A stretch of 61,146 nucleotides of DNA, the filler included, from Hausera hauseri (Eukaryota): NCBI GenBank assembly GCA_046269625.1. It is 9 parts of 9 records of this genome, joined end to end, with 100 filler letters (N's around TTAATTAATTAA, not from the genome) between each part and the next. Parts side by side here need not be neighbours in the genome. Positions count along the whole stretch, not along the records: positions 16,798 to 24,066 come from JBJURY010026230.1; positions 24,167 to 30,744 come from JBJURY010084880.1; 7 more parts are not named here. One strand, 5' to 3'. Below are positions 18,060 through 30,844 of the stretch, in pieces (positions within the stretch are counted from its first letter, which is position 1; every line of letters begins with the position of its first letter). Below the pieces are notes generated by a model that had not been told where the DNA came from, did no database searches, and saw only the letters and a program-made list of their open reading frames with translations. The translations under genes and the position numbers were made by a program.

Positions 18060-18290
18060 ATCTGACAGCCTGTATAATAGCTGTCCTTTAGTCTTTTTGT
18101 GTGTGATGACAGATTCCTGTATTGTCTGCCCGAGGGTAGTAGATGGAAGAGTCCTTGTGCGGAGTGGGTGTGATCCTTGATGATGCTGCGTGCTTTACAC
18201 AGATGTCTGCTGTGGTAGATGTTCTGGTTGGTGTGGAGACTGCTACTAGTGATGTTCTCTGCTGTTTGCACCACACTCTGTAGTGCTTTC
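18060..18290 (-). mobile_element. Rex1/Babar-type LINE 3' fragment nested inside the hAT element
   Basis: Translation VQTAENIT...KARSIIKDHTH...LFHLLPSGRQYRNL...RLKDSYY matches the characteristic C-terminus of fish Rex1/Babar ORF2. Confidence 0.8.
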
Positions 18291-18363
18291 AGCTCTAAAC
18301 ACTAAAGTATCACACTGTGTATTTAAATGAACAATTTCAACAAAAGCAACATTATGTAGTGTT

Positions 18364-21146
18364 CTACGTTTTGTACATAAATTTTGCCCTTCTATCCTTG
18401 AGAGAAGCAAATTTCTCAATGACTCTGTGGTTGAAGTCAGGGATGGCTTTGACAAGATTTTTCTCCATAGAGAGCATGGCCAATGCATTGAGACGATCCT
18501 GTGACAACGTGTTCCTGAGGAAGGTCTTTATTCTCTTCAGTGTTGAGAAGCACCTCTCAGATTCAGCTGTGGTCATAGGAGTTGTGATGAGGATCTTCAG
18601 CAGAGTCACAGTCTCTGAGAAGGTGTCATGAAGATTGTTCCCCATGAAGAGCTGGTACAGAGCCACAGCACCACTGCAGCTCTTGAACTCTTCATTGCTG
18701 TAGATGAGAGCCAGTTCAGTTTTCAGCTTGTTCTTGTTCAGCAGTGGGTACGCCTCCATGGTGGTGTTCAGTGCTGCTTCAGGGAAATGGCTGTGGTACT
18801 GCTGGAATCTGTCTGCCTGCAGCAGTGTAGCACTGATCAGATGATTTGTGAAGGTAAATCTGTGTTTTACATGGCCCAAGATGGTGTCACAAACCTAAAA
18901 AATGAATGCACCATTTTAATAAAATATCCTCCTGACTAACAGCAGTTCAAATTTGTCCTCCTTGGAGGACATTTGTAAACCTGAAGATCTCCCACCCACA
19001 GCAGATTAGTGAATTAACTCATTTTGCTCTCTACAGAGGACACTTAGGGCTTTTCAATGATGCTAAATATGAAAGGGTGGGTTTTGGCACCTTTCTCTTC
19101 CATATGAATAATAAAATATTGGGCATGGACAATATTTATTTTTCCTGGTAGTTAAGAGGATAGGGAAATGGCTATTAGTCAGCTTTCTAATTATTTAACA
19201 TATAAAAACTATTTATTTTATGTGTATATGTGTTAATTTAATAGCAACAATTCAAATTCACATTGCACTTGTAAAGAAGTAGACATATTATATAGGGACT
19301 CTTTTAAGGTGTGCTCCTCACTTTTTCAAAATACAGAACTACTATGATGAAAAACATTGTAAAATACCTACATCATGCATTTAGCTTCTCTCACCTCTGT
19401 AGCTGTTCTCTGACGTTCCCCAGGGCCCAGTGTGCGGCGTTTCTTGGCCATCTGGGATACACTGCCACTGTGTTCTCCACAAAGAGTAGGGAGGGAGTCT
19501 CTGAACAGGGCCATAAGAGAACAGTGTTCATCTTTAGTCACCAGGTAAAATAACAAGAAATGTGAAGTAGTTCAATCATAAGACATTAACAAAATATCAG
19601 TAATATTAAACAGCACAACATACGCACTAATTTTAATTTACCTGATTTTTTGAATGTTGTCTGTGAACTGCTGCATGATTCTCTGAACAAAGACTGAGTC
19701 GATGGTCCGCTTCTGGAGCTGGCTGTACAGAATGTCCACATGAGGCATGACCAGATGGAACAGTTTCAGGAAAAAGCTGAAATTATCATCCTCCAGCAGC
19801 CTCACAAAGCCTCCAGCTTCTCTGACAGTGGTAGGATCAAACTCTCCTGAGTCCCTGATGGTTTCAAAACACTGGAGCAGGTTTTCTTTGTGCTCAAAAA
19901 CAGTGTTCACAGCTCGGATGTGGAAGTTCCACCTCACTGTGCTTGCTCTTGGGACTCTGTGGGCTACCACTTCATCGAGAATGCTGGTTCTCTTTGGAGA
20001 TCTCGAAAAAAAGCCAGAAAATCCAGCCAGGTCTGAGAAGAAATTACTCACTTTTGGGATATGGGAAGTCACCTGCTGCATGATGAGGTTAAGCTGGTGA
20101 GCATAGCAGTGGACATAGTGTGCATTTACATAGACATCTTGGATCTTCTTCTGTACACCACCTGTGGCTCCTCTCATGACACTTGCACCATCATATGCTT
20201 GGGAAATGAGCTTGCTCTTCTGGTCATCAGGGAGAATGGAGCTCAACCTATCCAGAAGTGCTGTGGCGATGGAATCAGCTGTGGCACTTTGGAGAGGTAT
20301 GAACTCAAAAAACCTCTCTTGAACATGATGGGCTTTGTCAATGTAGCGGATCACAAGCACCAGCTGACACTGAGTTGAAATGTCCATTGTTTCATCAGCC
20401 TGGATGGAGAAAAAGTCTGCACTCCTGATTTCTTCAATGATGCACTCTCTCAAAACTGACAGCATACAATCAAGGAGTTCATTCTGCACAGTCTTAGATG
20501 TTCCCTTAAACACAGTGGCAGTCTGCAGGTGCTCATGTAGAACTGCATCCAGTGATGCTACAAAATCCACCAGTCCTCTAAAAATACCTGGATTTTCTGA
20601 GCTTTCACTTTCATCATGACCACGCAGAGCAAGTTCAAATGCACCACAGAACTTGACACAGTCTATTATTTTTGAACGAATGTGCCTGTTTTTGTCAACC
20701 TGCTCATTGTGCTTATGGATCCCTACCCTGTAGGCTTCATCAAGCTGAGATGCAATGTTTACTTTCCCAAACATGGCTAGTCGCAGTGCATTTGTCATGT
20801 GGATCCCAGATTGTTCATGCTTTTTTGCTTTTTCTGAAAAATGCTTTAAATCAGTCATACCTGTCTTAATCCATGCTGGGTCAGATCCTGTTGTTTGAAA
20901 AAGGAGGCAGGGAAAGCAGAATAAAGCATTAGTCTCGCTACACGCAGTTAGCCAAGCCTTCTTGCTAAACCAGGTCCTGGAAAAAGAGCGAGTGTACCGT
21001 CTTCCTCTGTCTTTGGACTGCTGACTAATTTTGATGTTCGGCTGATCAGGTCCGAGCTCTTTCACCTCTAGCTTCTCCTGATTTGTTCTTCTCTCAAAAG
21101 GTGTTGTTTTCAGTGACTTCACTGAATTTAATTTCTCTTGCTCCAT
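18364..21146 (-). CDS. hAT transposase (ZMYM1-like: TTF zinc finger, DUF4371, hAT dimerisation domain), 3 exons, apparently intact (713 aa)
   Basis: Exons 21146-19642, 19500-19395 and 18894-18364 have GT-AG boundaries and total 2142 nt in frame. Motifs: FCFPCLLF, LRGHDE, FFSIQADETMD, QAYDGASVM, VHCYAHQLNL, VRW, TAESERCFSTLKRIKTFLRNTLSQDRLNALAMLSME. Confidence 0.92.
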
Positions 21147-23275
21147 TTCGTCTCTCTGTCTGTTACACAGGTGGTAGATTGGGAATAATCACTGCCGGTG
21201 TGTAGAGATGAAGGGGTTGTGGACTTTATTCTGTAAACAAAGTAAATAAGGCACATTAATGATGATGCCGTTAGCATTTTCCACATTGCTTGAGGTGCTT
21301 TGTACACATATAGTGTATCTAATCTCATTTTAACTTTCTTAATACAACAGAAATAATAATATCCAGGTTATTTCAATTTCATCCCATCCCCAGTGATCTT
21401 TATAATATTAAAATTAAATTAAAATTATTACATAATCACTCTTTCATAACATGAAAAATTCACGTTACTGTTTCACAATACTATTTAACGCTTAACATAA
21501 ATCCTTCTGCTGGTTGGTTACTTTAAGTTTATAGCTTCTCTGAAACAACAGCACAACTTATATATAACTGAAACTGAGGGGTGGAACAGAGCCATGGTTT
21601 ATTCATTATTCATTCAGATTTATTCATCATAAATTATGACACCATTAGAAACTGCTGCTTAAAAACAAAACGAGACAACAGTTAACAACAGACTCTGAGG
21701 AGTAAAAAATAAGTTCATGAGCTGAGGATGGAGAGGAGTCATCTTCAGATGTTCGGTTTATAACTGACAACTTTTATAATCATGTACACGACACCGTTCA
21801 CATAAACACAGCTATCATTCACTTCACTGGCGAGCTACTGTTGCTAGCATGTGACTAGACCGCACCACCTGTTGTATTCAACACGCACGCTCACAGATCG
21901 GTTCACTCCGCTCATGTCTGTGCGCTTTATTAACTCATTGCTTACCTGTGTAAACACAGTACGGCAAGAAGGCACATTAATAATTACTGCTGTTACAATT
22001 TTCAACGTCGCTTGTGGTGGTGTTGTGTGTGGTCAGCTCAGGTCCTCTCCTCACAGGACGACCCACCAGCGTAAACAAACCCACATGCAAGGGTCTCCCA
22101 ATATCTGCCTGACCGAAATGGATGCTGCTCTTTTAAATGAGCTGACAGCTACGTGTAAATAATAGTTCAATAAGGCATGCGTTAATGACTGCCGTTACCG
22201 TTACAATTGTCCACATCGCCTCCACTCCACAGCCAGCACCGAATTCAGCTTGTCGCGGTCCACGGACCAGTCGCCCCTCTTTAAAATGTGCTGCTGACAG
22301 CAAAATAACATTTCATACATAGTCTGATAACGGTTGGCTTTTTCACAAACAGAGACTTCTAAAAGTTGAGAGGCATATCAGTCAGAAATGGCAAATAGAC
22401 ATTAGATAAAGGGCTTTCAATGATTTAAAACCTACCTGCAGCCAGCCTGCTTGAGTCACTGCACGATCCATTTCCCAGACAAATAAATAAATAAAAAAAA
22501 GACCGGAAGCACGTGATGGTAGGTACAGCTCACGTTGGACGTGCCCAGGGCGCAGAAATCTGCGCCCTGCATCTTCCCATTCTATTGCGGCTTCGTGGAA
22601 CAACTGCGCATGCGCCACTATTAACGAGAGTCTATGGATAAGATTTGTGCGCCCCAGGACCGGAAATACGTCACCAATCAGAAAACGTTTTTTGAAACAA
22701 ACAATATAACTCATCATTACCTCTAAAATATTTATCCTACACAACTAAAAACATATATAGATATATTTCGAAATATTTTTATTTTATTATTTCTTTTTTT
22801 TTTTTTTTTTAAGTCTTCAATGTAAAATTGTGCTCCAGAAGTTCCAGTGGGGCGGCGCCCTAGCGCCCCCTATTGGCCGGCCGCCCCTGTAGCAGACGCA
22901 CCTAAATCCAAGCATCAAACTTTTCCCATCACTGTTTTGACAGAACCCATTTGACTGCTTCAAACTGAACACAAGTTTTATTTACAAGCACAAATAAAAC
23001 TATAGAAATTACTGATGTTTTAGGAAGTCCCTGAGCCCCTCAACAAAGTATGTTGTATGATGCGAGTTTTATAAGATCAATGTTGAAAAAATGAATAGCA
23101 AAATGAGGTGGTGTTAGAATGAAACAAAAAGGGGTAGAAGTTCTAACCAGGTTGAGTCGGGTCCTCTGGACAGATTCTTCTTTGTTGAAACGTTTCATCT
23201 TTTGTCCAAAAGACTTCTTCAGTCTGAGGAGCTGCAATAAACTCAATCTTATAAACAGCACCTTCTCAAAGTGGA

Positions 23276-23845
23276 TCAATCAGTCTGCTGCTGACATCCA
23301 GAACTAGCTGTTCACATGCAAAAGTAGTTGTTAGAAGTTTATTAGAAATTCAAAATGCTATTTTAGTTTTGGAACAACCAGAATTAAAATGTACCTCTGC
23401 GTAGTGTTGAGTCATCTGAAATCGTGGAGCTTCTTGACGAAAGTGTTGACGTCGGACCTGTTTTGTAAAAGAGTGCAATAAAGAGGTAGATTAGAACCAT
23501 TCTATTTCACAAGTTTAGCTTCGTTGGAAATGTACTTGTATGTTTTGTTTGGGATTCCTTAAGAGTTAAGGTCAGAGATATACTGAAGAGAAAAGCTGGA
23601 GAAAATAAACCAACCTTAGATTTAGTTTTATTGTCTTTATTAACTTCGGTGTAATTGACGTCGTGTATGAAATTGGAACCCAGCGTACCACTAGAATTGC
23701 TCTTTGTCACATTCACATCTTGGCTTCCAAGACGACCACATGAGGAAATTTTCAAACGGTCTTTGTTCAGATTAACACTGAGCTCTTCTTCAATTTGAGC
23801 AATTAGTCTCAAGGATTTTGCTTTCTGTTTTTCTGATGGCTGAAT
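23276..23845 (-). CDS. Possible spliced host gene fragment, unknown S/T-rich product
   Basis: ORF 23507-23812 plus short segments flanked by plausible GT/AG sites. The exon phases are not unique. Confidence 0.3.
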
Positions 23846-24839
23846 CTAAAAAATACGTCAAGAATTAATTGAAAATTATGTTTTTCAGCCGTTTCTAAAA
23901 TCCCCAAAGGAAACTGTTTCAGAATAATTTGAAAATTGTCTGAAATTTCTTGAAAACTGCGTATAAATAATTAAAATTTTGAACAGATAAGTATGCAGAA
24001 AACTCAGTTGGTTATAATTCGCACTTGGAAAGTTTGGTATGTGTGTATTTTATGTTTGTATAAAATNNNNNNNNNNNNNNNNNNNNNNNNNNNNNNNNNN
24101 NNNNNNNNNNTTAATTAATTAANNNNNNNNNNNNNNNNNNNNNNNNNNNNNNNNNNNNNNNNNNNNAACAGACTTCCCATAAGCCTTTCCGCTATAAAAT
24201 GAAAATCAATAATATCAATATGGCACATACTGGCTGGTAGAGTATTTGATGTACTATCGTTCAGTGAAATACGCGAGTCAAGTGTGATCTTGTACACGGT
24301 TGCTAAGGCACTTTTTCACAATTCACATATTTGTCACTGTGCAGCGTAGGATTGATGGAATCGACTGGGGTCAAATGCAGGTAGATAGAACATATCAAGA
24401 TGCACCTGAATATATACTGCGCAGTGCAAAAACATGTGCAAGTGTGCAAAAATCAATAATATCGATCCAGAGTGCAACTGGTGCAGACTCCCCATAGGTT
24501 ATTTAAGTCCTATGGAGTCAAAATTCGACAAATATTTAAGAGGGAACAGATAGGAAGTGTCACATTGTAACCCGAGTGTTCCATCTCAGATTTCCGAAAT
24601 TCGGTGCACAACTCAGATGAATATCGATTTTCACCGAATAGTATGAAATATCTTGACAAGCATAAAGTTTTTGAGAAATCTGAGAGCGCCAATTGATTTT
24701 CCATATTTTAATGCATCTACACAGCACTTTTCAGATGTGTCACACGTGCAAATGTGCTTTAATCAATAATAACTGTTTTTCGATAAAGCCTAAAGTTGAT
24801 TTTAACACACAAGCAAGTGAAAATTGAAAAATGTAAAAG

Positions 24840-25860
24840 CGTACACACAGAAACTAACATATGCTATATCGGATTATGACATCAGATATTCGAAAACTCA
24901 AATACACGTTGAACTTTTCGAATAATTGATTTTTTATACGAATAGAAGCAAAAATCGAAATATCTAACAGCGTAGAGGGATAGAAACCCATATATGGAGA
25001 ATCCGAATATATCGTCAGATATTCGAAAAGAGGCTTAAATAAAAAAGCCGATTTTTCGATCGATTTCGAATATTCGAATTGTACCATCGGATTACCCATG
25101 TCAGAAAACCTTTGTAGACCAAAAATTGGGTGTGCAAATGTTTGGAACAGTCTCGAAATGAATAAAACGTTGAAAAATTCGATAATATTCGGTCAAGCAT
25201 GCATTATTCGAAGAATCTGATGGCTTTAATCGATTCTCCATGCGCGAAAACCTATAGGGCAATCAATATCGGCGTGGTGCAGCGCACCGCGGTGTATTAA
25301 AACAAGGTTTAATAACAAGTAAAACGTACATAAAAATACTAATTAAACGGTGCTTATTTTGATTGCACAATTGACTGTGAAATTGGAGGTGAAGCACATT
25401 GAAATCAATAAACCTTTAAGCGTAGACAGATATGAATCCATATATGGTGAATCTGAATCTGGTGTTAGATATTCGAATACATTATTCTAAATCAAATAAT
25501 TATCGATTCGTACTCGAAAACTGGATCAAGAGTGCATTATTCGAAGAATCTTATGACGTGTTTTGATTCCTCATTGTCGAAAACCTAATCGAAATTGGCG
25601 CTCACGTGCATTTAATTTATTTGATGCATTAAAACAAATACACAAATGCAACTCGTTGACAAGACAAATGCAATACGATGGCAATACAAGTAGCATAATC
25701 ACGGATTCATGCATATGAGTAAGGTTTTACCTTAAGTTTTGTTTAAATGAATCAAATTACGTGACAAGTTTATGCATTTGATACATTAAAACAAATGTAC
25801 AAATGCAGTATGTTGACAATACAAGTGCAACATCTTGACAGCAATATGCAGTGCCAAATT
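24840..25860. repeat. Degenerate dispersed/tandem non-coding repeats
   Basis: ATATGG(A/T)GAATC(C/T)GAAT...AGATATTCGAA at about 24990 and 25440. GCATTATTCGAAGAATCT...GAAAACCTA at about 25200 and 25533. An approximately 158-bp duplication at about 25620/25780. Confidence 0.7.
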
Positions 25861-26078
25861 TGCCCTATAATTAAAATTATTTATTTTTCCTTACACGTGT
25901 GTTTTGTTTTTCTGCATTAATTATCAAATTAAAATATAAATCAATAAAACAGGCAGTGCACGTTGACATGGCTACATATTTCAATACTTCCAAATTCACT
26001 TCCTAGAATGGTGAGTTTTGTTATTTGTGCTCCTCAAATAATTGGTTTGTTTAGATTTTCAACTTCTACAAATTTTGC

Positions 26079-29000
26079 ATGGCGCAGAAACACGAGGAGC
26101 AGAATTGCCACCGTGTAATGCAACATTATTTTGGGTACCAGCACAATAGGACTAAATACTATGTGTGTCTTGCACGTGAGGTAGTGTTCCGGACCGGTTA
26201 CGAGGAATTTTACAACCAACATAAACAGCATGTGAATTCATTCACAAAATCGAAGGAAGAAATATTCAACAGTAATATGTCAATGACAAGAAGTGTCCCA
26301 AAAGCAAATCAGATGTGCGGTTCCTATGCTTATTGCACATCCAAAACACATAATTCGTAACAGTGTCATAAAACGATGCAGCGGTATTATGGATACAAAT
26401 CCAAAAGTATCCAATATTATATGTGTTCCAGATATGAGACTGTATGCGGTGCAGATTACATACAGGTCTATTATGATCAAAAACAACATTTGAGTCACTT
26501 CGCATCAAAATCAAAGCAGGCCATTTATAATGAGCAACATAATACTAATGCATCTGCTTCGCAGTATGATGCTTCGCAGTATTCTGCCTCGCATTATGCA
26601 GCTGGATCTGGTGCAGCAGCTGCAAAACATATTAGAGAATTGAAACGCGCAACTGCATTATGCGCAGCAGCATCAGGCACGGCCACATCAGATGCACCGG
26701 CCCCATCAAAGGCCAAAGACAGCGGTCAGTTGATGCGGCAGCATTAAAGAGAAAATGCCGCAGATATGTTATTGATGCAACTGGTCAAACAACCCTCCAA
26801 GACTTCCTCTTATACACAAAGGACAAGACAGAGGGGATTCTCCAGGACAACATAACGGAGCTCAAAGCCCTTAAGGTGAATTTGAGACTGGAGGCTGCAT
26901 GCATCAATGTTAATGGCGAAGAATCCAATAGGGCCTTCAAGACCAAAAATAGGCCCATTTTTGAAGCCACCAATAGAGCAGAATGGCTGCATGAAGAGCA
27001 TGTGAAGCTGATCCGTGAAGCCGGGGAGAGCTAGGATAAGGAGAGCGGATGGACTCTTGTAACCATCAAGAGATTGCTTGTGTATGTTCACAAGTACTCT
27101 CCAATGCGGGGACGTTCCTATATTCAGCTTCCGGAATGGATCGCTAATAAAAAATCATGCATCAATGTTCTTAATGATGACAACAAGCTTTTTCCATTTC
27201 AGTGACGATGAGGCCGTGAACAAGCTTGCAGAGCACAAAATGCACTGCAACAACAATTATTGTATCAGGCCAGAATTTCCCAAAGAGAACTACACTGAAT
27301 TCAAGGAGTTCGAGAAGAAGATCAAGGTCCCAATAGTTATCTATAGCGACTTTGAAGCTATCCTGCGTTCAGTTCAGAGTTGCAATCCCAATCCCCAACA
27401 TAGCAGCACAACGGCATACCAATATCATGAACTCTCATCGTATTGCATGTATGCCAATGGACTGGGCAGTAAACCATTTCTATTCAGGGGTTCAGGCACA
27501 GCAGCTTATTTCAATAAACGACTTGAAGATATGGCTCATAGGCTTGGCGATATGCAGCAGCAGCATAAAGATACAATGAGCATGTCGAAGAAGCAAGGAG
27601 AAAAATGGTCCAAGGCAACAGCATGTTACTTGTGCGACAAATCATTCACCAAGGAAAGTTGGAAAGTCAAAGATCACTGCCATTTTACAGGCAAATATCG
27701 TGGCGCAGCATGCAACAACTGCAATCATCGCTGCAAAACATGCGCATATGTGTCTGTAGTGTTTCACAACCTCAGTGGCTATGATTCCCATTTCATAATC
27801 CGAGAATTAGGCAACATTGATGGTAATATAGATGTGATCTCCAACAGTGAAGAGAAATATATCACATTTAAGAAGCATGTTGGTAAAATCCGACTTCGTT
27901 TCATAGACAGCTTTCGTTTCATGTCGTCATCATTGAATAGTTTAGTGAAGAACCTCTCTGCATAAGAACTCAAGGAGACGAAGCGATTTTTCCCCATTAA
28001 CTTTGACCTTGTCAAGAGGATAGGCGTGTTTTCTTATGACTATATAACTTCATGGGAAACACTGGATGAGACCTCATTGCCGGCAAAGAAGGACTTTTAC
28101 AATATACTCTGATTGTCATATTAGTGATGCTGACTACCATTATTCTCAGAACGTCTGACATGCATTCCAATGCCGAAAATGAGGGAAATAGTGATATTTA
28201 CCTCAAGACGGACGTGTTGCTGCTGACAGACGTCTTTGAAAGTTTCAGGGATGTTACAATGAAGAGTCATGCATTGGATTCGGCTTATTTCTTTACAGCT
28301 CCAGGTATGAGTTGGTCAGCAATGCTGCGCTATACAGGTATTAAGTTGCAGATCATTAAGGATTATGATATGATCCTTATGATCGAGAGAGACATTAGAG
28401 GTGGAATATGCCAAGCCATTCATCGGTATAGCGAGGCCAACAACAAGTATATAGCTAAATACTACTCAACAAAGGAATCCTCATATATATAAATATATAT
28501 ATATATCATACTTGGTGCCAACAATTTGTATGGATAGGCAGTGAGCACCCCATCGCCATATGATAACTTCAAATGGGTCGAGAATCCTGAAAACATCCCT
28601 ATACAAAAACTAAATTCCCCTGGAGATACGGGATACACACTGGAGGTAGATATGGAACATCTAGCTTAGATACACGCAAGGCATCAACAGCTGCCTTTCC
28701 TCCTTGAGAGAAGGCCTCCGCTCCATGGAAAGCAGAGAAAGCTGCTCTGTCATCTGGGTAATAGAAAAGGTATGTAATCTAATACATCAATCTCCAGCAG
28801 GCTGTTAGACGTGGACTTTGTATTACTAAGATCCATAGATCCCTGTAGTTCAACCAATCCATGTGGCTGTAGTCATACATAGACCTCGGTATAAAGCTAA
28901 GGGCTAATGCCTAGAACGACATTGAGAAATATCAATTCAAAATATATAATAACAGCGTTTTTCGGCAAGACCATGGAGAATATCCGCAATTTGATCAACA

Positions 29001-30640
29001 TCGAACTGGTCTCTGAGTGGAAGCGAGCAAAGAAGCCCATTGCCAAGCCTAACGTCCACAGCAGCACCATATATACTGAGAACTTGGTAGGCACCTATAA
29101 GGATCCACATTACAAAAAATACTATTAACAAAATTATAAAATAACAATAGACAACATCACAGATTCGGTCAAAATAAAACATATCAAAAACAAATAAAAA
29201 TCACGGATTCGGTAAACATCAAAAATTTTGCCCATACGAAACAACATAAAAACATACCAATTAAAAAGCAAAAAGGAGATTGCAAGTGCTGGGGCAATCA
29301 GCACTTGTAGCCAACAAAAAATCACTAAACAAATTCTGTCGATTTAAACTCGTTTGTTTAAGTCCACAGTTTAAAGTCAGTTGATAGTTTTTCTAAAAAA
29401 GAAAAAAGAAACATTCACAGACCAAAATGCCAGAAATCACTAGAATCGGGAGTCAGAAAAGGAATGCATTGACCAACGGTGATGGAACCCAAAGGAATGA
29501 ATTGACCAGCGGCAGCGACAAGAAGAAAATGCCTTCCATGACCAGCAGCTACGATGGAAAGCAAATGTGTACTATCAAGGCACCGAAACCTGGGGAACCC
29601 ATCTCCAAGGAAGGTGCAAAGGCCACACTAGTCGGCATCGCCATCTCCGAAAGGAATATGCGGCACGTTCCGAATTACCGGATCCCTAAACGACCCCAAC
29701 CAGATTTGGCAACGATGCAAGACCTAGATGCCAGTCAAGCCTCGACATTCAAGCCAGACCAGCCGTGCCTGACCCGATGAGATACCGTCTCCCGCGAAAG
29801 ACAACGCCGCAACACCGGCAAGCAAGCCCCGTACCGGTCCTAGTCGGATTTTATGACGGTACGGGAGCTGCTGCAACGGAGCCGCTTCATACGACACCTA
29901 GTCAGGTTGGGGCTGGATGACCCCTACTCTTTACCCGTGAGAACACTCCATCGGTTCTATGAGGACGGGTAAAATCGACATCTCTTCGACTCGTCGGTTT
30001 TCCTGCCGGTTTTCCTTAGATTGATGACGACAGCCAACCGCCTCTACTAATCCTTTGCTCCCTGAGAGCGTCAGTTTATTCCATATCGCCAAACCATCGA
30101 AGCATTACGGACACGGACGTCCAGCTCCAGCTCGGACGACATTCGAGCCCATCCACGACGACTTCGCAGACTCAGGTCGTCTTGATCCACTACCGAGGAT
30201 TCGTATGCCTCAGCAGACGGCGGTTGTCATGACAATAAACGTTGCGAAAATTATCCAATATTGTTCATTTATTTTCTTGTTTCCGTTTTGATTTATTGGT
30301 TTGGCGCCACGATGTTATGCGACAAAGTTAAGGCTTTCATCAAGGCAAAAATACCTAAAGCACCCATATGCTGAAAACAGCATTTGTATTCAACAAGCCC
30401 ATATTTGTGGGTATGGCAATATTGAATCTAACAAAAACCCTAATGTACAGATTTCATTGTGACATCATGGTCCCCAAGTTCAAGTCCATGCAGCTGATGT
30501 ATATGGATACTGATAGTTTCGTCTATCAGATCCATATAGAGGATATTTATGAGGACTTTGCCCAATTGGCTCAACACATGGATACTTAGGACTATCCAAA
30601 GGAACATTTCAACTATTCAATTGCCAACAAAAGGGTACTT
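26079..30640 (+). pseudogene. Polinton/Maverick/adintovirus-type protein-primed DNA polymerase B with endonuclease VII-like zinc domain, decayed and interrupted
   Basis: ESGWTL..KYSP.RG.SY; IYSDFEAIL; CYLC...KVKDHCHFTGKYRGAACNNCN; FHNLSGYDSHF; FIDSFRFMSSSL; YLKTDVLLLTDVFE; IRGG; ANNLYG; FGKTMENIR. Resumes after an insertion with NKPIFVGMAIL and YMDTDS. Confidence 0.9.
29096..30359. mobile_element. 1264-bp insertion with 5-bp TSD (probable solo LTR) within PolB
   Basis: GCACC is duplicated at 29091-29095 and 30360-30364. Removing the insert restores ENLVGT-HMLKTAFVFNKP. Termini TATAAGG...CCTAAA resemble mutated TG...CA LTR ends. Confidence 0.8.
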
Positions 30641-30844
30641 GGGAGTACTTGACTCAATGGAATTTTATCTCAAAAATGAAGCCAAATATTTAAAAAATTT
30701 TTATTTAGTCAAGCAATGGGATTTGTTTCAGGAAGCCGCTGGTANNNNNNNNNNNNNNNNNNNNNNNNNNNNNNNNNNNNNNNNNNNNTTAATTAATTAA
30801 NNNNNNNNNNNNNNNNNNNNNNNNNNNNNNNNNNNNNNNNNNNN

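Larger units (their letters stand above)
17599..22889 (-). mobile_element. hAT DNA transposon with terminal inverted repeats
   Basis: Left end CAGCGGCGGC (17599); right end reads CAGGGGCGGC on the minus strand (22889); 9/10 match. Encloses the transposase gene. Confidence 0.85.

Noticed and set aside
19638-21146. Host ZMYM1 gene
   Set aside because: It is bounded by TIRs and has only transposase domains; it is a hAT transposase.
22890-23600. In-frame stops in apparent exons suggesting an alternative genetic code
   Set aside because: Alternative splice phases give open frames, and other genes in the window read normally with the standard code.
30301-30310. TGGCGCC as a tRNA primer-binding site
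   Set aside because: It lies inside the TSD-bounded insert, not after an LTR end, and the match is short.
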